Assembly (NCBI GenBank): GCA_964291415.2
Contig: OZ219920.1
Span: 1,216,001-1,280,000 of the forward strand
DNA length: 64,000 nucleotides
From: Alphaproteobacteria bacterium
GTDB taxonomy: Bacteria; Pseudomonadota; Alphaproteobacteria; SP197
Direction: 5' to 3'
The notes under the pieces were generated by a model that was not told where the DNA came from, made no database searches, and was given only the letters and a program-made list of their open reading frames with translations. Below, piece after piece: positions 1 to 11,493 of this stretch. Made by a program: the position numbers and the translations under genes. Each line of letters starts with the position of its first letter. Within the stretch, counting starts at the first letter, position 1.

Positions 1-1575
1 TCCGATGGCGAGCCCGATCACGCCGGCGCCTGCGAGCAATGGAGTTATGTCGAGTCCCAGCTCTCCGAGAATCGTCATGACGGCCACGCTCCCGATCACC
101 ACGACGAGGATGTTCCTCGCCAGCGGGAGCAGGGTGAGGACCCGCGGGTTGGCCCCTTCCCCGTGACTGCGCCTGAGCTGGTTGGCGATGACCCCGTCAC
201 CGACTTCCCAGACCAGTACAGCGATCACCGCAATCACGATGATCGCTATCAGCCTCCCAAGGAGATCGAGTCCCTCCGACGACAGGAAGATGTGCGTCGC
301 CTCGACTCCCCAACTTTCCAGTGCGGCGATGATGGCGACGGTCCAGATCACCACATTGGTGAGGACGCCCACAAGATAGAGATAGCGATTGCTGCGCCGC
401 TCAAGATCCGGAAATCTCTCCCTTAAGTCAGCGCCGATACGAAAGAGCCTCGACAGGGACCGCCGCGCCAGGGTGCTGGCCAATGCCCCGGCCAGCCCGG
501 CGAGAAACGTGAAGGCAAGACCATGGAGAATGAACACCGTCCCCGAGCGCGCCTCGAAGACCCACACGGTGTAGGTGATGGCAACCGCAAGAATGGCCAT
601 GACGTGCCAGACATCACCGAGGCGAGAGCGCATGAAATGCGTCCGGCCATCCGCCCCGCCGCCGATCCAGGCAGCGACGCCAGCCCGGTTCTGCAGGATG
701 ATGACAATCGCCATGATGGCGAGAATCAGCCCGATGACACGTACCAGAGAGCCGACGCTCGCTTCGGGCGCACCCATCGTTTGCAGCAGGTCCGTGGCCA
801 GGAATCCTGCGAGTCCAACTCCCCAGAAGCGGTTGAACCAGACCACCAGGTAGGCCGCCTCGCGATCGGCAATCGGCAACAGCCGGATGGCCGGGCGCAG
901 CGGTGACAGGATGACCCGGACCAGAACGACGGCAGAGGCGTAGAGCCCGGCGATCGTGGCTGCCGTGAGGATGACCGCCATGGCGGCGGCATCGGGCGTC
1001 AGAACGACGGTGGCAAGCCAGGTCACAAGGAGGAAACCCATGACCGGCGCAACGCCAAGCAGAAATCGGGAGCCGGCATCGATCAGCCGCTCCATCACGC
1101 TTGCTCCCTCGTCTTCCTGCAATCTCTTCCGTGGAGCGGCTGTGAGACCGAGGACTGCCAGCCAGGCGAGGATGCCGGCGGCCAGGGCGAGCCCGGCCTG
1201 GCCCGCGATCCGGAAGAGCCCGGAACCGAAGTCCTGGCGCGACACGCTATCGATGATCCAGCCTGTCAACTGTCTGCCGTCATCAAGGCTCGCCAGGAGA
1301 TCCTTCATTCTCTGATCGAGTCCGGAGATGCCGGAGACGTTTTCCTGTCCTGTGGCCTCGTCTCCGCTCGATGCCAGCGCATTGAGACTGTCGATCAGTT
1401 GCTGGCGCTTGGCAGGATCCTCGAGAATGGACACGAGCTCGGGGATGGCGTCGACGGTCTCCTGTGCCGCAGCAGGCGCAAGAGGCAAGGTGAACATCCA
1501 CAGTGCGAGCAGCCCCGGAAGCGGGAGATGGCGCAGCACGGTCAGCATGAACTGGTATCCCGGATACTGGGTCAT
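1..1575 (-). CDS. Large MscS-family mechanosensitive channel (YbiO-like), 3' end runs off the window
   Basis: Not in the ORF track because it has no stop in the window. The minus frame is open from ATG 1575 to base 1. It has a signal-peptide-like N-terminus and many TM helices, and ends in RVLTLLPLARNIL...ELGLDITPLLAGAGVIGLAIG, the MscS TM3 signature. Confidence 0.85.
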   Translation of the reverse strand, partial: MTQYPGYQFMLTVLRHLPLPGLLALWMFTLPLAPAAAQETVDAIPELVSILEDPAKRQQLIDSLNALASSGDEATGQENVSGISGLDQRMKDLLASLDDGRQLTGWIIDSVSRQDFGSGLFRIAGQAGLALAAGILAWLAVLGLTAAPRKRLQEDEGASVMERLIDAGSRFLLGVAPVMGFLLVTWLATVVLTPDAAAMAVILTAATIAGLYASAVVLVRVILSPLRPAIRLLPIADREAAYLVVWFNRFWGVGLAGFLATDLLQTMGAPEASVGSLVRVIGLILAIMAIVIILQNRAGVAAWIGGGADGRTHFMRSRLGDVWHVMAILAVAITYTVWVFEARSGTVFILHGLAFTFLAGLAGALASTLARRSLSRLFRIGADLRERFPDLERRSNRYLYLVGVLTNVVIWTVAIIAALESWGVEATHIFLSSEGLDLLGRLIAIIVIAVIAVLVWEVGDGVIANQLRRSHGEGANPRVLTLLPLARNILVVVIGSVAVMTILGELGLDITPLLAGAGVIGLAIG

Positions 1576-1950
1576 GTGAGTGTAGCGATGCCGGGATGGC
1601 AATCCAGTCGCCAGGAAAATCCCGCGCAATGAGCGGTGGAGTGTTCCGGCGACACCGTGCGGAACGCACTCAGTCGACCTTGGAACGGTGCCCGACTTCA
1701 ATCCATCCTGCGCCGCGATGTCGTGTTCGTCGTTGCATGGCGGCTGCCGTTCAACCCGGAATCGGCACTCTTCCCACTGTCGTTCCCTTGAAGGGCGGTG
1801 CGCAACCGCAGGGACCCGGCGCGATCTGGTCGGTCGGCGGTTCGCCGTCACCGGGGCGGCGCTACTCAGCCTTCTCCCGTGCTTGAGTGACGGGCTCCCT
1901 GCCGATACAGTCCGCGCCGCTAGTGAAGACAGTCCGATCGGGAATCATCC

Positions 1951-2088
1951 ATGGCCGAAGTCATCGCCGACTGGCAACGTGCCGACAGCGAACACCTTTC
2001 CACCTACAAGCGGGTGATGCGCCTGACCGTGGCGTCGACGGTGTCATGCATCGTTGTTCTCGTGCTGCTTGCCGTCTTCCTGCTTTGA
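1951..2088 (+). CDS. Small membrane protein resembling aa3-type cytochrome c oxidase subunit IV
   Basis: 45-aa ORF below the track cutoff: MAEVIADWQRADSEHLSTYKRVMRLTVASTVSCIVVLVLLAVFLL. It has an EHxxTY motif followed by one C-terminal TM helix, as in alphaproteobacterial subunit IV. Confidence 0.65.
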   Translation: MAEVIADWQRADSEHLSTYKRVMRLTVASTVSCIVVLVLLAVFLL

Positions 2089-2561
2089 AGGTCATTTCCG
2101 GGGGGCAGACGGGCGCCGACAGGGCGGCGCTCGACGCCGCGCTGGCCCGTGGCGGGCCAGCCGGCGGGTGGTGTCCCAAGGGCCGAATGGCTGAAGACGG
2201 CATCATAGACGACCGCTATCCACTGACCGAAACCTCCCGGCGTGACTACGCCCAGCGCACGCGCTTCAACGTGCGCGATTCCGACGCCACGCTCATCGTG
2301 GCGCGACGGCCATTGACAGGAGGCACCGCGCTCACCGAACGACTGGCACTGGCATCCGGCAAACCCTGCCTCGTGGTGCATCCCGACGATACACCGGATG
2401 TCATCGCCGTCTGCCGGAGCTGGATGGAACGGCACGGGGTGCGGACTCTCAATGTCGCCGGCCCCCGCCACAGCACCACCACCTCGGCTTACTCCGACAC
2501 CAGACGCATCATGGATGACCTGCTCGCCCCCTACTCCTCGTCACGCAGCAGCCGCAGGTAG
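2085..2561 (+). CDS. Putative molybdenum carrier / circularly permuted YpsA SLOG-family protein
   Basis: Motifs ISGGQTGADRAALD, GGWCPKGR, RTRFNVRDSDATL and LNVAGPR. The probable TTG start at 2085 overlaps the upstream stop (TTGA). Confidence 0.85.
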   Translation: MKVISGGQTGADRAALDAALARGGPAGGWCPKGRMAEDGIIDDRYPLTETSRRDYAQRTRFNVRDSDATLIVARRPLTGGTALTERLALASGKPCLVVHPDDTPDVIAVCRSWMERHGVRTLNVAGPRHSTTTSAYSDTRRIMDDLLAPYSSSRSSRR

Positions 2562-3444
2562 GTCTCCATGCGACCTGATGGAATGGCCCCGGACCGGACT
2601 GCCACACGCACGGCGCATCCCGGTTCGTGGTCGTGCGTGCAGTCACGGAACCGACAGCGATGGCCGGTCTCGTCAATGTCGGGGAACAGCTCGGACAGTT
2701 CTTCGCGGGTGATGCCGGCAAGGCCCAGGGAACGGATTCCCGGAGTATCGATGAGGGCCGTGCCCCCACCAAGGTCATAGAGCGATGATCGGGCGGTGGT
2801 ATGCCTCCCTTGCCGCCGCCGGCCGCCGAGACCTCCGACGCGGGCATTCTGCGAGCCGGTCAGCGCGTTGACGAGGGAGGACTTTCCGACACCGCTCGGA
2901 CCGGTCAGGACAACGGTCTTTCCCCTGATACAGCCGACCAGCCGGTCCAGTCCTTCCCCCGTTGCCGCGGAAACCTCAATGATCGTCAGTCCCGCCCGGC
3001 GGTAATCGGCAAGGTCCGGACGCGGTCTCTCGAGGTCGATCTTGTTGAGCACGACAATGACCTCGACACCGCCTCTGGCGGCGATCACCGCGTAGCGGTC
3101 GATGATGCGGGGATGAAACGGCGGATTGGCCACCGAGACGACGACAAGGGCGTGATCGATGTTGGCTGCGAGAACGTGTTCCGTGGCACCCCCGGAAAGG
3201 CGCCTGCTGGCATCTCGTCGCCAACGGGCCAGCACCCCGCGTCTCTCAAGGACCGTGTCGATCCTCGGCGGCCTGGTTCCTGCTGTGACGCGCACCCGGT
3301 CGCCCACCACCGGATAGGGATCGATGCCCGGGCGTGGAGCGCAGCGTACCGGGTCACCATCCAGTTCCACGGTCACGAGTATTCCATGCACCTCGATGAC
3401 GCGGCAGATGCGCCCAATCCCCGTTGTCGACTTGGCAGGTCCTG

Positions 3445-3448
<4 letters not shown>
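2531..3448 (-). CDS. rsgA: Ribosome small subunit-dependent GTPase A
   Basis: Circularly permuted GTPase motifs NKID, GPSGVGKS, GRHTT and DTPG, plus a C-terminal Zn finger CRFRDCTHDHEPGC. Confidence 0.93.
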
Positions 3449-5121
<1,673 letters not shown>

Positions 5122-5241
5122 GGTCGGGGAGGCCTTCTGCACCTGTACACCGCGTCATGTTAGCACGACATGGTCATCGGCAAGACGCGTGAGCGCCCGT
5201 GAATTTGGCCACCGACGGGTGCGATGCCGTATGGTTGTCGC

Positions 5242-6513
5242 ATGACCTCGCTGTGCCGCACTTGCGGCCATCGGCCGCAATCCGGTTCCGAGGCTTGCGA
5301 TGCCTGCGGGTCACGACGCATCGTGAGCCATCCGGAGCTTGATGAACTCGCCATCGCCCATCTCGATTGCGACGCCTTCTATGCGACTATCGAGAAACGG
5401 GATCGACCGGAGCTTGCCGATGTGCCGGTGATCGTCGGCGGCCGCCATCGCGGGGTGGTCGCCGCCTGCTGCTATATTGCCCGGTCCTTCGGTGTGCGCT
5501 CGGCCATGCCCATGTTCCGAGCCCTGAAGCTGTGTCCTGAAGCCCATGTCATCGCCCCAGACATGGGGAAGTACGTCGCCACGGGGAATGAAGTCCGCAG
5601 CTTGATGCAGAACGTGACACCGCTGGTTGAGACACTCTCGATCGACGAGGCGTTCATGGATCTCTCCGGAACCAGGACCCTGCATGGTGGCTCGCCCGCC
5701 CGGACTCTTGCACGCCTGGCCAACCAGATCGATCGGGAGCTGGGCATCACGGTGTCCATCGGACTGAGTTACAACAAGTTTCTTGCCAAGATCGCCTCCG
5801 ACCTCGACAAGCCTTGCGGGTTTGCGATCATCGGTCGTGGCGAGGCACGGCGCTTTCTTGCCGACAAGCCCGTCAGCCTTCTCTGGGGCGTGGGCCATGC
5901 GACCCGTCGCCGCCTGGCACGCGACGGCATCACCCTGATCGGTGACCTTGCCCGCATCGATGAAGCGGAACTGGTCGCGCGCTACGGCAAGATTGGCCAC
6001 CGATTCTTCCGGTTCAGCCGGGGCGAGGATGATCGAGTGGTGGAGCCGGAAGGCGAGACTCGGAGCATTTCTTCCGAGACCACCCTCCATGACGACACGG
6101 CGGAGTTTCCGATACTGCGCAGGGTGCTCTGGCAGCTCTCGGAGAACGTCGCCGAACGCATGAAAAAGGCCGGATTGGCCTCAAGAGGTGTCGCGCTCAA
6201 ACTGAAGACCTCGAACTTTCGCATCATCACCCGCACCCGCCACCTGCAACATCCCACCCGATCGGCCGAGGAGATCTTTCTTGTCGGTGAAGGACTGTTG
6301 GCCCGCGAAACCGATGGCCGGCGCTTCCGTCTGATCGGCATCGGCGTGCACGACTTCGTCGATTCCAGAGATACCGCGTTTGGCGACCTCTTCGAGCACG
6401 CGCGAAAGCAGTCCAACGCACGGGTTGACGAGGCGCTCGATGCCGTCCGCGAGAAATTCGGGAAGGACTCGCTGGTCAGGGGCCGCGGCTTCGGCGACCC
6501 TTCGGAGCCGTAG
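5242..6513 (+). CDS. dinB: DNA polymerase IV
   Basis: Y-family motifs HLDCDAFYA, GVRSAMP, SIDEAF and NKFLAKIAS, with an N-terminal CxxC-x10-CxxC extension. Confidence 0.95.
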   Translation: MTSLCRTCGHRPQSGSEACDACGSRRIVSHPELDELAIAHLDCDAFYATIEKRDRPELADVPVIVGGRHRGVVAACCYIARSFGVRSAMPMFRALKLCPEAHVIAPDMGKYVATGNEVRSLMQNVTPLVETLSIDEAFMDLSGTRTLHGGSPARTLARLANQIDRELGITVSIGLSYNKFLAKIASDLDKPCGFAIIGRGEARRFLADKPVSLLWGVGHATRRRLARDGITLIGDLARIDEAELVARYGKIGHRFFRFSRGEDDRVVEPEGETRSISSETTLHDDTAEFPILRRVLWQLSENVAERMKKAGLASRGVALKLKTSNFRIITRTRHLQHPTRSAEEIFLVGEGLLARETDGRRFRLIGIGVHDFVDSRDTAFGDLFEHARKQSNARVDEALDAVREKFGKDSLVRGRGFGDPSEP

Positions 6514-6520
6514 GCAGTCA

Positions 6521-6547
6521 GGGCGCCAGGCGAAACACCTGGCGCCC
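6521..6547. terminator. Hairpin between convergent dinB and sHSP genes
   Basis: GGGCGCCAGG-7 nt-CCTGGCGCCC, a perfect 10-bp stem. No clear U-tract. Confidence 0.55.
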
Positions 6548-6570
6548 CGATGCAGGATGGAGTGAAGGTG

Positions 6571-7032
6571 TCAGGCCGCCTTGCGCGGATTCTCGATCTG
6601 GCGCTGGTCCTGGCCCGTCGAAATCCTGATCGTCCGCGGCTTCAGCGCTTCCGGCACCTCTCGTACGAGGTCAACGTGAAGCAGTCCGTTCTCCAGTGCC
6701 GCTGCGGACACATGGACATGGTCTGCCAGCTGGAAGGCGCGCTTGAAGCTCCGGCCCGCGATGCCGCGATACAGATAGGTGCGCTCCTTGTCACCATCGG
6801 CGTTGACCGAACCGGAAACCGTCACGGTCCCGTCCTTGACCTCGATCGTGAGGTCGTCCTCGCCGAAACCGGCGACGGCCATGGTGATGCGGTAGTCGTT
6901 GTCGCCCCTCTTCTCGATGTTGTAGGGCGGATACCCATCCTCGCCCGTGCGGGAACTGGCTTCGAGCAGATTCATCATGCGGTCGAAGCCGACGGTCGAA
7001 CGAAACAGGGGAGAAAAATCGAAGCGTGTCAT
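6571..7032 (-). CDS. ibpA: Small heat-shock protein (Hsp20, IbpA family)
   Basis: MTRFDFSPLFRSTVGFDR, YPPYNIE, YLYRGIAGRSF and LENGLL. RBS GGAGG upstream. Confidence 0.93.
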   Translation of the reverse strand: MTRFDFSPLFRSTVGFDRMMNLLEASSRTGEDGYPPYNIEKRGDNDYRITMAVAGFGEDDLTIEVKDGTVTVSGSVNADGDKERTYLYRGIAGRSFKRAFQLADHVHVSAAALENGLLHVDLVREVPEALKPRTIRISTGQDQRQIENPRKAA

Positions 7033-7100
7033 CGTACATATCCTCCGGTTGAGCGGTATGTGCAGTCGGTCCCCCCGAAGGCAGGACCCCTTTGCTCCCG
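7030..7100 (-). promoter_or_regulatory. ROSE-like RNA thermometer in the ibpA 5' UTR
   Basis: The minus strand reads ACATAC-CGCTC-AACCG-GAGGATATGT. This forms an SD-sequestering hairpin with a bulged G opposite the SD, and a second GGTCC...GGACC hairpin lies upstream. Confidence 0.55.
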
Positions 7101-7141
7101 TCTGGTCTTCCATATGAGGCAAGGGACGGTCGCACCCGGTG

Positions 7142-7169
7142 ATATGGGATGAAGACGGGCGCTTTCAAG
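7142..7169 (-). promoter_or_regulatory. RpoH (sigma32) promoter
   Basis: Minus strand CTTGAAA-N14-CCCATAT about 110 bp upstream of the sHSP start, matching the sigma32 consensus. Confidence 0.85.
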
Positions 7170-7276
7170 GCATCAGCGACGATCCGCCAGCCGCCTCGGG
7201 AACCTGTTGCGGAAGACTGTCTGCATCGCCGACTGTCTGGTACCAATGGCGGCGGACAGTGCAGGAGTTGGCAGCC

Positions 7277-8371
7277 ATGCCGGAATCTTTCGACCTGCTC
7301 GCCCTGGGTGGCGATGGCATCGGGCCGGAAGTAACCGGCTGCGCGCTCAAGGTTCTCGAGAAGGCCTGCGACAGCGACATTCGCGTCGACATTACCGAGG
7401 ATCTCCTGCACGGCGCCTGTTACGATGAAACAGGAACCTTCCTCGAGGAGACAACTCTCGACCACGCCAAAAGTGCGGACGCCGTTCTCGTCGGCGCCAC
7501 GGGAGGTCCTCGATGGGATCACATCCGCCCTGCCGGTGAGGCGGCCCAGTCGGACGGCCTCATGCAGTTGCGCATGGAACTCGACACCTATGCCGGCCTG
7601 CGCCCGGCACGCGCGATTGACTGTCTCGAACCGCTGACCCCCTATCGGCCGGGTCTGACGGCCGGTGCCGATGTGCTGGTGCTGCGGGAAATGACCGGTG
7701 GCAACTTCTTTTCCGCAGAGAGGGGAGTCGACCGGCCGCCGCAAGCCCCTCGGCGGGGATACGATCTCGGAGTCTATGACGAGTATCAGATAGCCCGCTT
7801 CGCCCACGTCGGCTTCCGGCTTGCCGAAAAAAGGCGCCGGCATCTTGTTTCGGCCGACAAGTCCAACGTCATGGAAATGCACGTCCTGTGGCGCGAAGTG
7901 GTCTCCGAGGTCGCCCTGGACTATCCCGGAATCACTCTGGAACATCTCTACGCCGACAACGCGAGCTACCAGCTCGCCCGCGACCCGGGACGATTCGACG
8001 TCATCATGGCCGACAACCTCTTCGGAGACGTACTGAGCGACCAGGCAGGCGTCATTGTCGCCAGCCTCGGCATGTTGCCTTCGGCCTGTCTGACCGGATG
8101 TCCCGACGACGCCACGCGGGTCCGCGGTATCTTCGAACCGGTCCACGGATCCGCCCCCGACATTGCCGGCGAGGGAATAGCCAATCCCGTCGGCGCCATT
8201 CTCTCGGTCGCCATGATGTTTGACTACGCCTTCGGCCGTGCGGATATCGCGAGGACCATCGAAGGCGCCGTGGTCGCTGCTCTCGAAGGGGGCGCCCGGA
8301 CGCGGGATCTCGGAGGCAGGCTCTCAAGTGCTGCCATGACCGACGCTGTTCTCGCAGAACTTGATGCCTGA
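7277..8371 (+). CDS. Isocitrate/isopropylmalate/tartrate dehydrogenase family protein (divergent LeuB paralogue)
   Basis: GDGIGPEV, ADKSNV, DNLFGDVLSD and FEPVHGSAPDIAGEGIANP. Confidence 0.88.
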   Translation: MPESFDLLALGGDGIGPEVTGCALKVLEKACDSDIRVDITEDLLHGACYDETGTFLEETTLDHAKSADAVLVGATGGPRWDHIRPAGEAAQSDGLMQLRMELDTYAGLRPARAIDCLEPLTPYRPGLTAGADVLVLREMTGGNFFSAERGVDRPPQAPRRGYDLGVYDEYQIARFAHVGFRLAEKRRRHLVSADKSNVMEMHVLWREVVSEVALDYPGITLEHLYADNASYQLARDPGRFDVIMADNLFGDVLSDQAGVIVASLGMLPSACLTGCPDDATRVRGIFEPVHGSAPDIAGEGIANPVGAILSVAMMFDYAFGRADIARTIEGAVVAALEGGARTRDLGGRLSSAAMTDAVLAELDA

Positions 8372-10005
8372 TGGAGACACAGTCCATGACGAACCGGATG
8401 ACATGCGGTGAAGCGACGATCCGACTCCTGGGACACTACGGCGTCCGGGAGGTCTTCGGCATCCCTGGTGTCCATACCCTCGACTTCTGCCGGGGTCTCG
8501 ATACCGGTGAGGTCCGCCACATCCAGTCGCGCAATGAACAGGGGGCGGGGTTCATGGCCGAGGGGTACGCCCGGGCCACCGGAAAGCCCGGGGTGGCGCT
8601 GGTCATCTCCGGACCAGGTGTGACGAATGCCGCCACCGCCGTCGGCCAGGCCTGGGCCGATTCGCTGCCCCTTCTCCTGCTCTCGGCGGAGGCATCGAGC
8701 GAGACCATCGGCAAGGGCTGGGGTGTGCTCCACGAGATCACCGAACAAAGGGAAGTCACGCGGCCCCTGACGGCTCTCAGCGCCACGGCACACCGGCCGC
8801 AGGATGTTCCCGAACTGATGGCCCAGGCGTTTTCCATATTCGCCGGCGAAAGACCCCGGCCGGTCCACTTGTCGATCCCGATCGATGTTCTCGGTCAGGA
8901 GGTTGGCGATGACTGGCAACCGGTGCCCCTGCCCTCGAGGCCCGGGCCAGCCGCAGGCCTGGTGGACGACGCAGCGGCAGTGCTGCGTGCCGCCACGCGG
9001 CCCGTCATCATGATAGGAGGCGGGGCAGCGGAAGCGGGGCCCGGTCTCACCCGGGTCGCCGAAGCTCTGGGCGCCGCCGTCATCGCCAGCACCGCCGGCA
9101 AGGGGATCGTTCCGGATGACCATCCCTTGAGTCTCTCCGGCAGCACGGTCCGCGAGGAAGTCCGCCAGTTCCTCGGGCAGGCCGACGCTATCCTTGCGGT
9201 CGGCACGGAACTCTCCGAGACCGACAGCTTTGTCGAACGCCTCGACATCAATGGCCGACTCATCAGGGTCGACATCGACCCAGGCAAGATGAACGATCTC
9301 TATCCAGCGGATGTCGCGATCATTTCCGACGCCGCCCCCGTGATCGAACGACTGGCTTGCCTGCTTGAAGGCCATGACGGCGCCACCGTGCGCCGCAGCA
9401 CCGAGAATTCCATCAGGTGCATTCGATCCGCGATGATGACCAACCTGACAACGTCCGAACGCCAGCATGTCAGACTTCTGGAACGCCTGCGATCCGTGAC
9501 ACCTCGTGACACGGTGTTTGCCGGCGATGCCTGCCAGCTGGTCTACACCGGAGCGTTTGCCTTTCCGGTCTTCGCGCCCCGCCAGTGGTTCTACCCTGCC
9601 GGGTACTGTGCCCTTGGCTGTGCGCTGCCCAACGCCATCGGCGCCATGCGTGCGCCCGGCGAGCGACCTGTCGTCGCCATCGCCGGTGATGGCGGCTTCA
9701 TGTTCACCATGCCCGAACTCATGGTTGCCAGTGATCTCGGGCTGGCGCTGCCCGTGATCATCTGGGAGAACGGCGGCCTCAAGCAGATCCAGGATGATCT
9801 CGACAGCCGCGGCATCCACCGGGTAGGGGTGGAGGGGAGCAATCCGGACTTTCTGATGCTCGCCCGTGCCTGTCGTGCCCATGCCGTACGTCCGGACAGT
9901 CTCGACGGCTTCGCGGATGCCGTCATCCAGGCTCTCGGGGCATCGAGGCCGACCATCATTGCTGTCGAGGAGGGAGCCTCCTGGCTCATGGCGGATGACA
10001 CCTGA
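8371..10005 (+). CDS. ThDP-dependent enzyme, 5-guanidino-2-oxopentanoate decarboxylase (AruI)-like
   Basis: VFGIPGVHTL, RNEQGAGFMA, ISGPGVTNA, GVLHE and the ThDP motif GDGGFMFT...WENG. The start may be 8386. Confidence 0.8.
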   Translation: METQSMTNRMTCGEATIRLLGHYGVREVFGIPGVHTLDFCRGLDTGEVRHIQSRNEQGAGFMAEGYARATGKPGVALVISGPGVTNAATAVGQAWADSLPLLLLSAEASSETIGKGWGVLHEITEQREVTRPLTALSATAHRPQDVPELMAQAFSIFAGERPRPVHLSIPIDVLGQEVGDDWQPVPLPSRPGPAAGLVDDAAAVLRAATRPVIMIGGGAAEAGPGLTRVAEALGAAVIASTAGKGIVPDDHPLSLSGSTVREEVRQFLGQADAILAVGTELSETDSFVERLDINGRLIRVDIDPGKMNDLYPADVAIISDAAPVIERLACLLEGHDGATVRRSTENSIRCIRSAMMTNLTTSERQHVRLLERLRSVTPRDTVFAGDACQLVYTGAFAFPVFAPRQWFYPAGYCALGCALPNAIGAMRAPGERPVVAIAGDGGFMFTMPELMVASDLGLALPVIIWENGGLKQIQDDLDSRGIHRVGVEGSNPDFLMLARACRAHAVRPDSLDGFADAVIQALGASRPTIIAVEEGASWLMADDT

Positions 10006-10006
10006 A

Positions 10007-11456
10007 ATGACAATTGCATTTCGGTCGGCAGAAGATCTTGCCGGCATGATCCGGCGCCGCGAAATCAGCGCGGTGGAACTGCTGGAGATCTACCTGGGGC
10101 GCATCGATGCCCTGGATACGACCATCAATGCCGTGATCTGGCAGGATCGCGAGGCAGCGCTCGAAACTGCGAGAGCTGCGGATTCACGAACCATCGCGGG
10201 TGATGATCTGCCGCCGCTGCACGGTGTGCCCATGACGATCAAGGAGAGCTTTGACGTCGCCGGCGCCCCCACCACATGGGGGGATCCGGCCTTCCGGGAC
10301 AACGTTGCCATACATGACTGCGTTGCCGTGGAACGTCTGAAGCGCGCCGGCGTGACTCTCTTTGGCAAGACGAATGTCCCGCTCAACCTTGCCGACTGGC
10401 AGAGCTTCAACGACATCTACGGGATCACCTCGAACCCCTGGGATACCGGACGCACGCCCGGGGGATCCTCGGGCGGCTCTGCCGCCGCCCTGGCCGCCGG
10501 ACTGACGGGTATCGAAACCGGCAGCGACATCGGTGCGTCGATTCGCAATCCGGCCCACTACTGTGGTGTTTTCGGTCACAAGCCGAGTTTCGGGATCTGC
10601 CCGCCCCGGGGGCAGGCCCTGCCCGGAGTCCTCACCGGAGCCGACATGGCCGTGATCGGACCGCTGGCGCGTTCAGCAGGCGACCTGGAGGTGGCGCTGA
10701 ACGTCATGGCGGGGCCGGATGTCCTCGATGCCGCCGGCTGGCGACTCGAACTTCCCGCCCCCCGCGCCCGCACACTCGGAGACTTGCGCGTCGCCGTGAT
10801 GCTCGAAAGCGGATTGTCCGAGGTGGACGGCGCCTACCTCGACATGCTGCAGGACCTGGTGGACGGCATTGCCCGCACGGGCGCCACGGTCAGCGATGCG
10901 GCGCGGCCCGACCTCGACATGCGCGATGCCCACGAGATTTACATTCAGCTGCTTCGCGCCGCCACCAGCGCACGGTTGCCCCAAGGAGAAGCTGGAGGAC
11001 TTCCAGGCGGCGCGCGCCCGGCTTGAGCCCGGCGACACCAGCTACTTTGCCCTGATGACCCGTGGCAACACCATGACCCATCGCGAGTGGATGGCTCTCA
11101 ATGAACGGCGTGAACACATCCGGTGGGCCTGGCACCGGTTCTTCGAGAGCTGGGACATTCTGATCTCGCCCGTCGCTGCTTCCACGGCCTTCCCTCATGA
11201 TCACTCCGGCGAACGGCACGATCGCACGATTCCGGTGAACGGCCACGAGGCCCCGACCACCGATCAGATGTTCTGGGCCGGATTTGGTCTCTTGGCCCTG
11301 CTCCCGGGAACCGTGGCCCCGGCCGGCATCAGCCGCGACGGCCTGCCGGGCGGGGTCCAGATCACCGGGCCGTGGCTGGGAGATCTCACGACAATCGAGG
11401 TGGCCCGCCTGATCGAGCGCGAGTTCGGCGGTTTCCAGCCGCCTCCCGGATTCTAG
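10007..11456 (+). pseudogene. Amidase-signature family amidase with an apparent +1 frameshift near 10980 (pseudogene or assembly error)
   Basis: The first frame has TIKES, GGSSGGS and GSDIGASIR. The C-terminal amidase sequence (DGLPGGVQITGPW) continues in another frame. Removing one C from TTGCCCCAAG joins them. Confidence 0.85.
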
Positions 11457-11493
11457 ATCACCAACCTGATATCCCGGACGATGGAGAAATCTC

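Noticed and set aside
5242-5330. N-terminal Cys4 motif on DinB as a novelty
   Set aside because: To my knowledge this is common in alphaproteobacterial DinB proteins.
7277-8371. Assigning the symbol leuB
   Set aside because: There is no leu operon context and key LeuB residues are altered.
8224-10047. Long antisense ORFs (607 aa here; also 6791-8146, 13901-15118, 23701-24939, 28605-29840, 34690-36114, 46408-47730)
   Set aside because: They are shadows of well-supported genes on the opposite strand, expected with high-GC codon bias, and show no family motifs.
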